Shown here: one piece after another, positions 1 to 10,279 of the stretch
How positions within the stretch are numbered: the first letter of the stretch is position 1
How the letters are laid out: each line of letters opens with the position of its first letter
Source of the DNA: a virus
DNA: 64,000 nucleotides
Strand: one strand, 5' to 3'
IMG/VR virus record: IMGVR_UViG_3300020182_002698
Position numbers and translations under genes: made by a program
The notes under the pieces: generated by a model
Told to the model about the DNA's origin: nothing
Databases searched by the model: none
The model's input: only the letters and a program-made list of their open reading frames with translations

Positions 1-2680
1 GAGTTACTGTAGGAGTTACTGTAGAGGTGGGTGTTGGTGACACGGGACCTATTCTTCCCGCACAATTAACATTTATTTCTATTTCAACCTTTAGTTCAAT
101 AAATGCACCATTTAATGGGTCTATATCACCCTCACAATCACCTTTTACCGTAAATATATTATTTAGTAAATCCGTGGTATATGTAATTCCACTAAATTGT
201 GATAACATTCCTTGAACTATAGTTTCCCATTCATTATCTGAAGGAACATCATTTAAGGTATATCCAGTATAAAATGCGTTTTCTATAGTTTGACCTACAC
301 CATAACTACCCCCTGATATCGTGAGAACTCCAGTAAACACCGCGCTTTCTAAGTAACATCCATTTCCTGGTTGATTTAAATCTAAGAAAGCCTCGTTTAA
401 CATTTCATAAAACCCTCTCTTACCTTCTGAACTGGTTACAAACTCTTGCTCACATAAAGTATTAATTACGTAGTCATCAACGTTTTCATCATTACAGGTT
501 ATTGAAACACTCTTAATTATTGAACAACCTTCACTATCTACAATTGTTGCCGTATATGTACCTCCTGAAAGACCTGTTAAATATAAACCTGTCTGCGAAG
601 TAGGTACATTAGCTGACCACGTAATTGTGAATGGTGCGATACCATCTGTTATAGTTAAACTTGCAGTTCCATCATTACCTGAAACACATGGTGTACTATA
701 TAGTACTGCCTGTACTCCTCCTGTCCCTTCTAATATAGTAAAGTACTGTGTTACTGCACATCCTTCATTATCCGTAACAACAACTTGATACGAACCCTGA
801 GGTAAGTTATTTACTAATTCAACATTACTTAAAGACCCAATATTGTTAGAAACTACAGTTCCATCACTAATTTGTGATACCACATAACTAAGTGGATATT
901 TAATCTCAGTAGTACCCGATGAAACCTCTATATTTACCTCTCCATTTGACTGTCCGCAAGTTGTTGCGGTTAATGATGTCGCAACAGTAAACTTATTCTC
1001 ATTTAATATTGTGGCAGTGTCAGTATATTTACACCCATTAATTAATTCTATTCCGATTTGATATGTCCCAGAAGCAAGATTCTCAAAGGTATATGATTGA
1101 TTTGTTGTTGTTACCGTTTGGATATTACCTCCACTACCCGTTAAAGTATACGTTAATGGACCTTGATTGGCATTTACATTTATTTGAATTGACCCATCTT
1201 CACCACAATCAGAATTTTCAGTTATAATACTAACCAAACTAAATCCCGCGGTTGAGGTTAATTGAACGGGTTGGTTAATTGAACATTGTCCAGCATCTTC
1301 AATTAAGATATTATAAGCCCCTCCACATAAACTATTTAACGTAAATGTTGTTGAACCGTTCTGTATTTGTCCCGTACTACCTGAGAAATAATAAGGTAAG
1401 GTACCTCCAGTAACTGTAACAGTGATTGTACCATCACAATCAAAACAAGTTGGTTGTGTTCCTACTATATTTGAAACCCCCAATAATGGTAACTGCGGTA
1501 CTGTAAACCGTTTCGTTATTACACACCCATTCGCATCTGTCACAGTAACCGATGCATCCCCCGCGGGTAAATTAGATACAGATGGGGTAGTATCTAATGT
1601 TGACCAAAAATATGTAAAGGGAGGAGTACCACCTGTAAAGTTAGTAACCTCACCATACCCAGTATTTGCAACTAAACAAGGACTCGCACCTGTTATTAAA
1701 ACTTCATAATCAAAACTAGCAACTGAGTTAATTGTAACGGTATCCGTTTGTCCTGTTTGTCCGTTACCGTCTACTACAATTGCGTAGTATTCACCAGGTA
1801 AAATATCACTATCTATAGTAATTATATTTTCATTATAGAATTCGTCACTAAACTCATTTCCATTATAATAAAGATATACATGATACGGATACGACAATGA
1901 ATTACCTGAAATATTAATAATACCTGTAGTTAAGTTACATGTGATATCAACACCAGATATATCAACCTCAAAACAAGGGTTAACTACCACCTGTGTTGTT
2001 AATTCTCTAGCGGTAGGTAAAGTACTATCACTAATATTAAAAACGTAAGTAGTTGCAGATAAACCACTAAAATTAAATGGACCGTTACCTTGCGTTGTAG
2101 GTATAGTCCCTGGTGAGGAGTTAACTATTAAGTAAGGGTTAGTTCCCCCCTCTACATCAAGATATATTGACCCGTCATCACCACAGTCAGGGGTTCCTGA
2201 AAAAGTCACACTTAACGGTCCTTCATCACAATTGGGTGTACATTCAAAACTTGTAACGTCAATACCTGAATAAGGTAATGTAGTGTTTACGCAAAATACA
2301 ACTCCTAAACTTGAACCTCTTTGTGTGACTCCACAACAATCCATAAATTCATAGTTACCATTTGTTGTACCTGAAACACAATCAGGAACAACAGGTGGAG
2401 TCGGGGTAGGTGTCGGCGTTATAGTAGGTGTCGGTGTTGGGCTTGTGGGGATGTTAGCCGATGCATAACATATAGCACCTGAATCCATATCAATAACTTG
2501 ATATTCAAAACAAGTCCCAGTAATAAACGACTCAACGTCAAATTGAAATGGGAAATCACTATATGTTAGTGAAGACGCAACGTCTGTATATGTTGTTACA
2601 TCACAATCTTTTACACTAACTGTATAATTACCCGGATTTGGGTCTGAAACTCCTAATGATATGTTTACTATTTGACTCAT
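1..2680 (-). CDS. Large putative virion adhesin/fibre protein with ~7 SprB-like repeats and TP linkers; 3' end runs off the window (missing from ORF track)
   Basis: Manual translation from ATG at 2680 (MSQIVNISLGVSDPNPGNYTVSVKDC...) found no stop down to position 1. It contains GGTPPFTYFWS...NLPAGDASVTVTDANGC and similar units (LPQGSYQVVVTDNEGC, LSGGTYTATIVDSEGC) and PTPTPT linkers. Confidence 0.8.
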   Translation of the reverse strand, partial: MSQIVNISLGVSDPNPGNYTVSVKDCDVTTYTDVASSLTYSDFPFQFDVESFITGTCFEYQVIDMDSGAICYASANIPTSPTPTPTITPTPTPTPPVVPDCVSGTTNGNYEFMDCCGVTQRGSSLGVVFCVNTTLPYSGIDVTSFECTPNCDEGPLSVTFSGTPDCGDDGSIYLDVEGGTNPYLIVNSSPGTIPTTQGNGPFNFSGLSATTYVFNISDSTLPTARELTTQVVVNPCFEVDISGVDITCNLTTGIINISGNSLSYPYHVYLYYNGNEFSDEFYNENIITIDSDILPGEYYAIVVDGNGQTGQTDTVTINSVASFDYEVLITGASPCLVANTGYGEVTNFTGGTPPFTYFWSTLDTTPSVSNLPAGDASVTVTDANGCVITKRFTVPQLPLLGVSNIVGTQPTCFDCDGTITVTVTGGTLPYYFSGSTGQIQNGSTTFTLNSLCGGAYNILIEDAGQCSINQPVQLTSTAGFSLVSIITENSDCGEDGSIQINVNANQGPLTYTLTGSGGNIQTVTTTNQSYTFENLASGTYQIGIELINGCKYTDTATILNENKFTVATSLTATTCGQSNGEVNIEVSSGTTEIKYPLSYVVSQISDGTVVSNNIGSLSNVELVNNLPQGSYQVVVTDNEGCAVTQYFTILEGTGGVQAVLYSTPCVSGNDGTASLTITDGIAPFTITWSANVPTSQTGLYLTGLSGGTYTATIVDSEGCSIIKSVSITCNDENVDDYVINTLCEQEFVTSSEGKRGFYEMLNEAFLDLNQPGNGCYLESAVFTGVLTISGGSYGVGQTIENAFYTGYTLNDVPSDNEWETIVQGMLSQFSGITYTTDLLNNIFTVKGDCEGDIDPLNGAFIELKVEIEINVNCAGRIGPVSPTPTSTVTPTVT

Positions 2681-2684
2681 GATA

Positions 2685-5360
2685 TTATGAACAACCACTA
2701 CTTGATGAGAAATCGAATGATATAGTTGTAAGAAGATTTTGGTTAGTTCTACTAAATACCATTGAGTTTATATTTGCACATCCATTTGTACCTGAAAGGA
2801 ATGATGAGCCTCCAGCGGGTATATTTTCTGTTGTTAAGTTTCCACTACCTGATAAACCACACCTTAGGTATGTTATAGATTGTGCACTAAGAGATGTGTT
2901 AGTTATTGTAACATCATTTAAGCAGTTACAGTCCGTTCCACCACACGCAGTTGTCGAATCCGCACTTTCCAACCATGAAGTACCTACAGTCGTATTTTGA
3001 TACGTCTTCATCGATGAAGTGTTACCAACTATAGTGAAACAAATTCCATCGAATCCATCAGTTACTATTATATTATTTTGTGCTCCACCTAAGTAACCAC
3101 CCGCACCTCCTAACAATTCAGGCGCCTGTATTATATCTGACAATTGTACAACTCCACCACCCAATGAACTACCCGATACGAAATCACAGGTCATGTAAAC
3201 AAGTGCGTCTAATTTACTATTAGTAAGACCCCCTACCGTTGTCCCTGTATATGTATCACAACTTCTTAAGACAACATACGCTCCAGAACATTTAGCACCA
3301 GGCGTGTCGGGCTGACAACAAGATGTTCCGTTTGAACTGTGGAATTTTAACAATGCGGTTTCGTCGTAAGTTGGGTCATATACGTAACAGTCTTCAAAAC
3401 TTACATTTTGACTTGCAGTGTTAGTTACGGTGTGTGTGAATTGTAGGTATTCATCACCCGTTCCTGTGGGGTCTACAAATGGTATAAGGTCATTATATTT
3501 TGTAGGCGCTGCCATGAGGTCGCCAGCACCATAATTTTCCTCAAAACATGCGACATATGTATGTACACACCAATATGTTTGACTTTGAGATGATAAGCAA
3601 GTATCACAGTCGAGATATGTATTTTGTGTCGATGGTGTATTGGATGATGTAAATGGTGCAACATTACCTAATGTGTAACATATACTATCTAAGGATACTA
3701 TATCTCCTGTTGTAACACTTAATGAGTCTAATACTTGTGCGTGGTTAAGGACTGTAAGACCTGAGAAGTTGTTTTCACAACAAGGCGTTAATAAGAAAGA
3801 GGTATACGAAGGTGGTGAACTTGTTGGTGTAATTGTTGGTGTAACTGTTGGTGTAATTGTTGGTGTAACTGATGGAGTATTACTAGGAGCAATACATTCA
3901 TTCTCGACTATACAATCATCACAGTTATCATAATACTCTCCAGCGGTGAATACCGCATTGGTAGCTCCGGCTGGGTATGACTCGTCATATGTTACTCTCT
4001 TATAACAATTATTTATTATGAAATCCTGATTTCCTCCAAATTGGAAAGTTATTGCTCCTGTTTCTCCCAATGCTGGCCCATTACTCATATTGGTAACATT
4101 ATAAACTAACCCATCACAACATCCGCTTAATGAAACGTTATTCTCCACACATGCGTTACTAACCTGACAAGTATTACAATCCGTGTAAGTATTATTGGTC
4201 CCAAAAAGATTTGGGTATCCCGCAGTTGTATTGTAATACTCGGTATAACTTGAGTTATATTCTATCCTCTCAAAACATTGGTTCGTTTCAAGCGGACTCT
4301 CTCCTGTGATTGGTGTGATTATATCTCCTATATCCGGTATTGGAAATGTCAGGTTAAATGTCGTGCTCGTTCCCGTGAATATTGTAAACTCTCCCACTCC
4401 AGAACAACATCCACTAAACGAAAACGCATTTATAGGAGCCGCAGGTGGTGTTCCTGACGGCGTTACGGTTATAGATGGAGTTGCGGTTATTGACGGAGTT
4501 GCTGTTATTGTTGGAGTTGCAGTTATCGATGGAGTGGATGTAATTGACGGAGTCACAGTTATTGACGGAGTTGCCGTTATTGTTGGAGTTGCGGTTATTG
4601 TTGGAGTTGCGGTTATTGTTGGAGTTTGAGTTAACGATGGAGTAACACTATTAGACGCACCAGGTGTTGCGGTTATTGATGGAGTTGCAGTAATTGATGG
4701 AGTTGCCGTAATTGATGGTGTAGTAGTTACTGATGGAGTTACGGTAATTGACGGAGTGGTAGTAATCGAAGGAGTCGCACTTATCGAAGCTCCTGGCGTC
4801 GCGGTTACTGATGGAGTTGCGGTAATTGACGGAGTGGTAGTAGGGGTAGGGGGTCCAAACTCTAAATCACAATCTAAAAAAGTAGGTATACATGAAGAAC
4901 ACTTACCATAGTATAAGTTATTAGGTATTCCACTTAAGTCGGTAGGGTCAGTATTTACAACTAAAGAGGTTATTTCATAACATACTCCATAATATAAAAT
5001 ACTATCGTCTATTGGTGTGTCGGTTATTAGTGTATATAAGTGTCCCGAACCTGCATCACATCTATCCCACCGATAACAACTTTGGGATGGGTCCGACATT
5101 AACGATGAGATAAGTAAATTTGCCTCTTCACACGTTTCACAATCAACATACTCAATAAATGTACAATCGTCTCCATTTATTTCATCTAAAACTTTATTAG
5201 TATCTTCATTAATGTAATAACACCCATTATTTATATTATTACATTCAATATCCCAAATCTCACCTGAATTTAGGTGCGTAGTATTATTAAAAGTTAACCT
5301 ATATTCGGATTGGTCGTTACAATTTTGTATGATATAATTTACTGATGTCATGACGTACAA
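2685..5360 (-). CDS. Cys-rich repeat / Thr-Pro-Ser linker protein, putative virion appendage
   Basis: 891 aa ORF with five CC/C..C[YF]..CxxC..C modules and a ~130 aa TPSITA hexapeptide array. It lies in the baseplate operon and overlaps the upstream gene. Confidence 0.6.
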   Translation of the reverse strand: MYVMTSVNYIIQNCNDQSEYRLTFNNTTHLNSGEIWDIECNNINNGCYYINEDTNKVLDEINGDDCTFIEYVDCETCEEANLLISSLMSDPSQSCYRWDRCDAGSGHLYTLITDTPIDDSILYYGVCYEITSLVVNTDPTDLSGIPNNLYYGKCSSCIPTFLDCDLEFGPPTPTTTPSITATPSVTATPGASISATPSITTTPSITVTPSVTTTPSITATPSITATPSITATPGASNSVTPSLTQTPTITATPTITATPTITATPSITVTPSITSTPSITATPTITATPSITATPSITVTPSGTPPAAPINAFSFSGCCSGVGEFTIFTGTSTTFNLTFPIPDIGDIITPITGESPLETNQCFERIEYNSSYTEYYNTTAGYPNLFGTNNTYTDCNTCQVSNACVENNVSLSGCCDGLVYNVTNMSNGPALGETGAITFQFGGNQDFIINNCYKRVTYDESYPAGATNAVFTAGEYYDNCDDCIVENECIAPSNTPSVTPTITPTVTPTITPTSSPPSYTSFLLTPCCENNFSGLTVLNHAQVLDSLSVTTGDIVSLDSICYTLGNVAPFTSSNTPSTQNTYLDCDTCLSSQSQTYWCVHTYVACFEENYGAGDLMAAPTKYNDLIPFVDPTGTGDEYLQFTHTVTNTASQNVSFEDCYVYDPTYDETALLKFHSSNGTSCCQPDTPGAKCSGAYVVLRSCDTYTGTTVGGLTNSKLDALVYMTCDFVSGSSLGGGVVQLSDIIQAPELLGGAGGYLGGAQNNIIVTDGFDGICFTIVGNTSSMKTYQNTTVGTSWLESADSTTACGGTDCNCLNDVTITNTSLSAQSITYLRCGLSGSGNLTTENIPAGGSSFLSGTNGCANINSMVFSRTNQNLLTTISFDFSSSSGCS
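4455..4853 (-). repeat. Degenerate 18-bp tandem repeat encoding (TPSITA/TPTITA)n
   Basis: About 20 hexapeptide units visible in the translation; the DNA units differ mostly at synonymous positions. Confidence 0.9.
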
Positions 5361-8299
5361 TTAATATTTATGTTGACTCCAGCGTTTATTTGCAAACTTT
5401 CATTAGTAAAATCATTATTACACCCTATATTAGTAACTGTTATGTTATTACCGTTGATACTATAGGATAATCCGTCCTGAGATAAATTAGAAAGAGACGT
5501 TTCTACCGCAGTCAACCACTCAGTACTAGATGGGTAATCACCACTTCCATATCCAGTGTAGAATAAATCTTTTCTAAGTAATGAACCACTAAGTCTTATA
5601 TCCACATACCACAAACTTGTCAAAGTGTTTAATTGACAGTCACTTACATTATACCCTTCATTACCAACCGCACTGTTAATACTATTTATTAATGTAGTTT
5701 GTGGGTTTGTTAATCCAATATCACAACTTAAAGTTTGTGTAGTGCAATCATTACCAAGTAATTGACCTGTAAATGTACATGGAATACATGGTATCGGTAC
5801 TAACTCACATCCTCTTTGTCTTCTCCATACTACTTTTTGTCTCTGTAATACATTATTTTCCATTTTTTGACCCCCCATCCATATAGTAGATGCGGGAATC
5901 ATTTGTTCAATTAACTTCATCCAATAATCACCTATACCATTAGTGAAATCAATCATTTTTTGATAGGTATATTTGTTGGATGGTATACCTACGGACTCCT
6001 CTGAGTTTAAATATTTCCAATAAACTGATTGTAGTGTTGGATATCCACCTCCTTTACCGTCTGTTATTGTCTGTCTATTCCTAACATTAATCATGTTACG
6101 ATAAAAGGTCTGAGCAAATTCAAAAAATGTCTTTTCTTTTGGTTTTGGGTTAATTACTGTCCAATCAATCCCTTCAGGATATGGATAAGGTGATGTTAAA
6201 CCAGTTGAAGGGAACGGGTAATTATATTTTTTTGACATATCCCATATGTCGTATATAATCCCTTGTCCCATATTTAAACCTAAGTCAACATTTTTAGCAT
6301 TTAATACTAATTTTTCATTATTTACCACATAATAGGCATTATAACCAGCTTCGGTATTCCTCCTTAAACCTAATTCATTATCTGTCCAAGATTTATTATT
6401 ATCGTAGGTTCTTGTTAAACCAAAACCCAAATCCATATATGGAAAATCTCTAAATCTATCAAAATATTTTTGACCATAAGTAAATGGTTCTAATGTTGTC
6501 TGTATGTCAGGGTTTTGTCCTGTGAATACCGAACCTGTAGTGTCTAATACTGTAGGTGCTCTATGTTCAGGAGTCTGCTCATACCATCCCGCACCTTTTT
6601 CAAAAAATATTTCTTCACTGGATACCGGAGATTGTGGATATCCAAAACTATCAATAGGATAATCATTTCTAACAGTGTCTACGTTACTTAATGTTAGTTG
6701 AGTTGTGAATCCGGTATATGTCACCCCTTCAAAACTGAATGTGATGTTTGGGTCCAAGACCGGCGTTTCTGTAGTTTTAGTACCTCCCGTTATAGTTGCG
6801 TATTCTTCATTAAATCTTTCCACATTTATCGGACCATCAGCCAAATAAATAATTTCATTAAAATCTATTAACGCGTCGGGAGCACCGACTAATCTCATAA
6901 GTGCCTCTATTGAACGTCTTGTACCTTTAGATTTAAATAAGTAAGCAGAATTTAAAATTAAATTTCTATAATATTGATAACTAAGTTCGGTTGGTGTCTT
7001 ATTTACTGTCTGTCCAGGAAATACATTAGAATCTTGGTTTCCAAATACACTACTTAAGAACTTATCATTAGTTATGGGTGAGATGTTAGTGTCCCAACCT
7101 ATTGTCTGAGCCAAATTTGTTAGTAACTGAGAAGGTATATCGTTTTGTACAACATAATGAACTGAATTCATATATGATAACGCATCAATAAACTTTTTTG
7201 TTTCGTCAAAACTTCTACCATATAGTTGTAAAACCTTTTCTACATTTTTATTAGGTGTATCAAAATCTTTAAAAGCCCCTGTAGTTAAAAATCTCGATAT
7301 TAAATTACTTTTATATTCATCTATCTCATCAGATATACTATTTAATTGTGTTAAATAATTATCAAACCTATTTGTTCTTATATCTAAATTCCATACCCCA
7401 TCTAAACTCCATGTTATACTCTGATAAGCTTTATACACTTGTCCGTCTTGACCTTCCCTTAATATTTCAAATTTAGAAGTATAGGTTGGAACTACTAAAC
7501 GATTTAATAAGAAGTCCTCAACTTCGTTAAAGTCGTCAATAAATACTTTATCAGTTTCTTGTTTATTTGGTTTTAATAAAATATTATCTACTGAAGTAGA
7601 TTGACCACTGAAAGGATTTCCTTCTACTACAATTTGTACCGTCCCCGCCGATAGTTTTGGTGAGGGGTCGAAATCAACAAATTTATACTCAGTCTCTAAA
7701 TCTTCAAAAAATAAAGAATACTGTAAGAAACTTCTAGTAAGATTTCTTAATGGGCTTACCTCAAAAGGTCTAACAGAAATATTTCTATCCGAATTTTCTG
7801 AGTAATCGATATCGAATGGATTTTTAAATCTGGTAACGTCAATATCAAAAGTCGTTAAACCTTCAACATCATCATAAGAAATGTTATAAGCGGTGTATCC
7901 AGTGTTAAAATCATAATAAATTTTATCTACAGATATTGCGGCCGGAAAAAAATTAACTATATTTGTTACTGAAGATGACATTCTTTTTCTTAAAGAACCA
8001 TACATCGCAAAATTAGTAACCTGACTTATATCGTAATTAGGATAAACTTTAAAGTTTTTAGCTAAGACTATCTTAGACTCTTCAATACTGTCAAAGTCTA
8101 AATCATTTAATGAAATAGGATTAGAAAAGACACCAGTATCAAAAGTTCTATTAACCTTTTCAACAACATTTGTTGTGAACTCAAAATTTGACTGCGTAAG
8201 ACCTCCACCCTCAACAAGTTGTAAACCAACTAAGTTGTCAGAAAATGTTCCTCTAGCGTTAGGAGGAGCCGGTGGGTATCTAAACTTATTATCGGCCAT
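5348..8299 (-). CDS. Baseplate wedge protein, T4 gp7 / P2 gpI-like core with extensions
   Basis: 983 aa. Segment LLTNLAQTIGWD...YYRNLILNSAYLFKSKGTRRSIEALMRLVG resembles the gpI/gp7 wedge motif (KGT..SI..L...G). Lies downstream of the gp25 and gp6 homologues. Confidence 0.55.
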   Translation of the reverse strand: MADNKFRYPPAPPNARGTFSDNLVGLQLVEGGGLTQSNFEFTTNVVEKVNRTFDTGVFSNPISLNDLDFDSIEESKIVLAKNFKVYPNYDISQVTNFAMYGSLRKRMSSSVTNIVNFFPAAISVDKIYYDFNTGYTAYNISYDDVEGLTTFDIDVTRFKNPFDIDYSENSDRNISVRPFEVSPLRNLTRSFLQYSLFFEDLETEYKFVDFDPSPKLSAGTVQIVVEGNPFSGQSTSVDNILLKPNKQETDKVFIDDFNEVEDFLLNRLVVPTYTSKFEILREGQDGQVYKAYQSITWSLDGVWNLDIRTNRFDNYLTQLNSISDEIDEYKSNLISRFLTTGAFKDFDTPNKNVEKVLQLYGRSFDETKKFIDALSYMNSVHYVVQNDIPSQLLTNLAQTIGWDTNISPITNDKFLSSVFGNQDSNVFPGQTVNKTPTELSYQYYRNLILNSAYLFKSKGTRRSIEALMRLVGAPDALIDFNEIIYLADGPINVERFNEEYATITGGTKTTETPVLDPNITFSFEGVTYTGFTTQLTLSNVDTVRNDYPIDSFGYPQSPVSSEEIFFEKGAGWYEQTPEHRAPTVLDTTGSVFTGQNPDIQTTLEPFTYGQKYFDRFRDFPYMDLGFGLTRTYDNNKSWTDNELGLRRNTEAGYNAYYVVNNEKLVLNAKNVDLGLNMGQGIIYDIWDMSKKYNYPFPSTGLTSPYPYPEGIDWTVINPKPKEKTFFEFAQTFYRNMINVRNRQTITDGKGGGYPTLQSVYWKYLNSEESVGIPSNKYTYQKMIDFTNGIGDYWMKLIEQMIPASTIWMGGQKMENNVLQRQKVVWRRQRGCELVPIPCIPCTFTGQLLGNDCTTQTLSCDIGLTNPQTTLINSINSAVGNEGYNVSDCQLNTLTSLWYVDIRLSGSLLRKDLFYTGYGSGDYPSSTEWLTAVETSLSNLSQDGLSYSINGNNITVTNIGCNNDFTNESLQINAGVNININCTS

Positions 8300-9207
8300 T
8301 ACTGAGTGATATTAGTGAAGTTTTTACTGAAGTCTATATTGTCTCCTCTATTTTGTCTAACCTCGTATAATAAATTATTAAACTCATCTCTAATCTCATA
8401 TAGGTTATATTGTTTGTAAATGTTAAGGTCGTTGTCATATAAGGTATAAACACCATCTTCAATAGATTTAGTCTGATTACCGTAAAGAGCAATCGCTAAC
8501 GTATCTATATCATGCTCAGCTAATTCAATATCCAACGTTATCGGATTAAAAAATGTATTAGTGATTATTATATTTTGATTAGGTTGACCTATAAATGGAG
8601 TCGCACTCGGTTTATTAGATGGTGCACTTGCCGGTGAAACTGTACAAAACAATAAATCACTACCACTATCCACATATCTGTATCTAATAGACTTTTGTGA
8701 TGAGTTAGTAAGATTAGTAACTACAGGTTCGCAATAAAATGATGATGTTATAATTCTATAAAAATTAGTAATTTTTGTACCGTCATTATTTAAATACTCT
8801 ACTCTATGACCAACTAATCCTTGATTAATAAATCTATTCCTGTATTGAGAGGGAACATTATTTAAATCTACGATTATTCCTTTTACGTTAGGTAATGACG
8901 ATAATACTCCACAATCGGTAATTGTGGTTCGTATCTCCACAGGTCTGATATATAAAGTATATATACCTATTTGATTAAATTCATCCGCAGGTAATTTAAG
9001 GTTATATAACCCCCCTAATATCTCAAGGTCGGCATTTCCTCCTGTATCCGCGTTATGAAAATAAGGTGTTAATACTTCCGCAGCATTTAAAGTTTTTAAC
9101 TCGAAGTTATTGGTCACATCCCTTGACGGGGTATAATTTAATATTATTTCCACGTCCTCAGGGGACATGTCTGCTGGTCTTGTTGTTCCGTATGTTCCTA
9201 AAGCCAT
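8299..9207 (-). CDS. Hypothetical protein, likely structural (baseplate operon)
   Basis: 302 aa ORF, translationally coupled to neighbours; no recognisable motif. Confidence 0.5.
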   Translation of the reverse strand: MALGTYGTTRPADMSPEDVEIILNYTPSRDVTNNFELKTLNAAEVLTPYFHNADTGGNADLEILGGLYNLKLPADEFNQIGIYTLYIRPVEIRTTITDCGVLSSLPNVKGIIVDLNNVPSQYRNRFINQGLVGHRVEYLNNDGTKITNFYRIITSSFYCEPVVTNLTNSSQKSIRYRYVDSGSDLLFCTVSPASAPSNKPSATPFIGQPNQNIIITNTFFNPITLDIELAEHDIDTLAIALYGNQTKSIEDGVYTLYDNDLNIYKQYNLYEIRDEFNNLLYEVRQNRGDNIDFSKNFTNITQ

Positions 9208-9208
9208 T

Positions 9209-10279
9209 TTACAATTGTTCTTTTATTTTAAAGAAACCGTACCCATAAGATACTAAGTCTCCGATGTTATCAACTTCTCCGAGTCTCTGTATTCCTTCGA
9301 ACGCAGAATTTTTACCTCTATCAATAAATATTTGGGATTGTATTTCCGGTGAGGAAACTACACCAAATAATACTTCTTCTTTAGTAATTGGGTCTGCAAC
9401 AATCATGTTGTCGGTTATTCCACTAGATTCTATAAAAAATAAGGTCTTACCGTTAGGGTAATCGTAGTACACTACATCTTGTATTGTATATGCAGTATAC
9501 TCATCTGTTATCTCCGTAACTCTACCATAATCTTCATTATTCTTTTTTACGACAACCGAAGTATCATACTTTGTAGGTCCGTAAAGTTTTAAATTATTAA
9601 GTTGTGAAGAAGTAAATCCTGTTATAGTAAATGTCTCGTCACTTGTTTGAGCACTTACAGTATTTTCTGAGTCCCCCGTAAAAATAAAATTATAATTAAT
9701 CGGAATATTAGCCCAATTACCCCCTTGTTGAGTAAATGTTATAGTTTCTAAGGGATTTGTTATAGTGACTAATGTATTAGGTATCGACACTCCTTTAACT
9801 ATATTTGTCACACCCCACGGATTATTTTGTGTTAACTTTATTTTATACGATAAAGTTAATGGCGGATACTCATGTTCCATATAATTTGGATAAATCGCAG
9901 TAAAAGGTTCCACAGTACCATCCCCCCAATCTATAGTGTATGTAGATAGTTTTAAAAACTTTTTTAATTGGTCTGATGTGTTATATAATTTGATTTTAAA
10001 GTGGTTGGATGGGTCTCCACTAACTATAAAGTTAGATACCACATCTTTTTGTAAGACAAAACCATCAAATGCTGAGTAGAATCCCATATCATCAAAAGTC
10101 TGATTAAAAACAATAGGTATTGTTAAATCTGTTAATAAACTGTCTCCGTTAGTCCCTCCACTTAATATTTGTGTCATAGCAGAATAAACTCCAAACGTAT
10201 TACCACTATACGTTTGCTGAACAACATCACTTTTAAGTGATTCTGGAGATATTTTTATGTAGTGTATATCTTCGTTCAT
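9209..10279 (-). CDS. Hypothetical structural protein with PKD-like motif
   Basis: 356 aa; YTIDWGDGTVE resembles the PKD/Ig-like WDFGDG motif; operon context. Confidence 0.45.
   Translation of the reverse strand: MNEDIHYIKISPESLKSDVVQQTYSGNTFGVYSAMTQILSGGTNGDSLLTDLTIPIVFNQTFDDMGFYSAFDGFVLQKDVVSNFIVSGDPSNHFKIKLYNTSDQLKKFLKLSTYTIDWGDGTVEPFTAIYPNYMEHEYPPLTLSYKIKLTQNNPWGVTNIVKGVSIPNTLVTITNPLETITFTQQGGNWANIPINYNFIFTGDSENTVSAQTSDETFTITGFTSSQLNNLKLYGPTKYDTSVVVKKNNEDYGRVTEITDEYTAYTIQDVVYYDYPNGKTLFFIESSGITDNMIVADPITKEEVLFGVVSSPEIQSQIFIDRGKNSAFEGIQRLGEVDNIGDLVSYGYGFFKIKEQL

Noticed and set aside
4455-4853. Regularly spaced repeats as a possible CRISPR array
   Set aside because: Units are 18-bp in-frame coding repeats with no unique spacers, and no cas genes are present.
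2685-5360. Variable Cys-module loops as a diversity-generating retroelement target
   Set aside because: No reverse transcriptase, and no near-identical TR/VR pair differing only at adenines was seen in the window.
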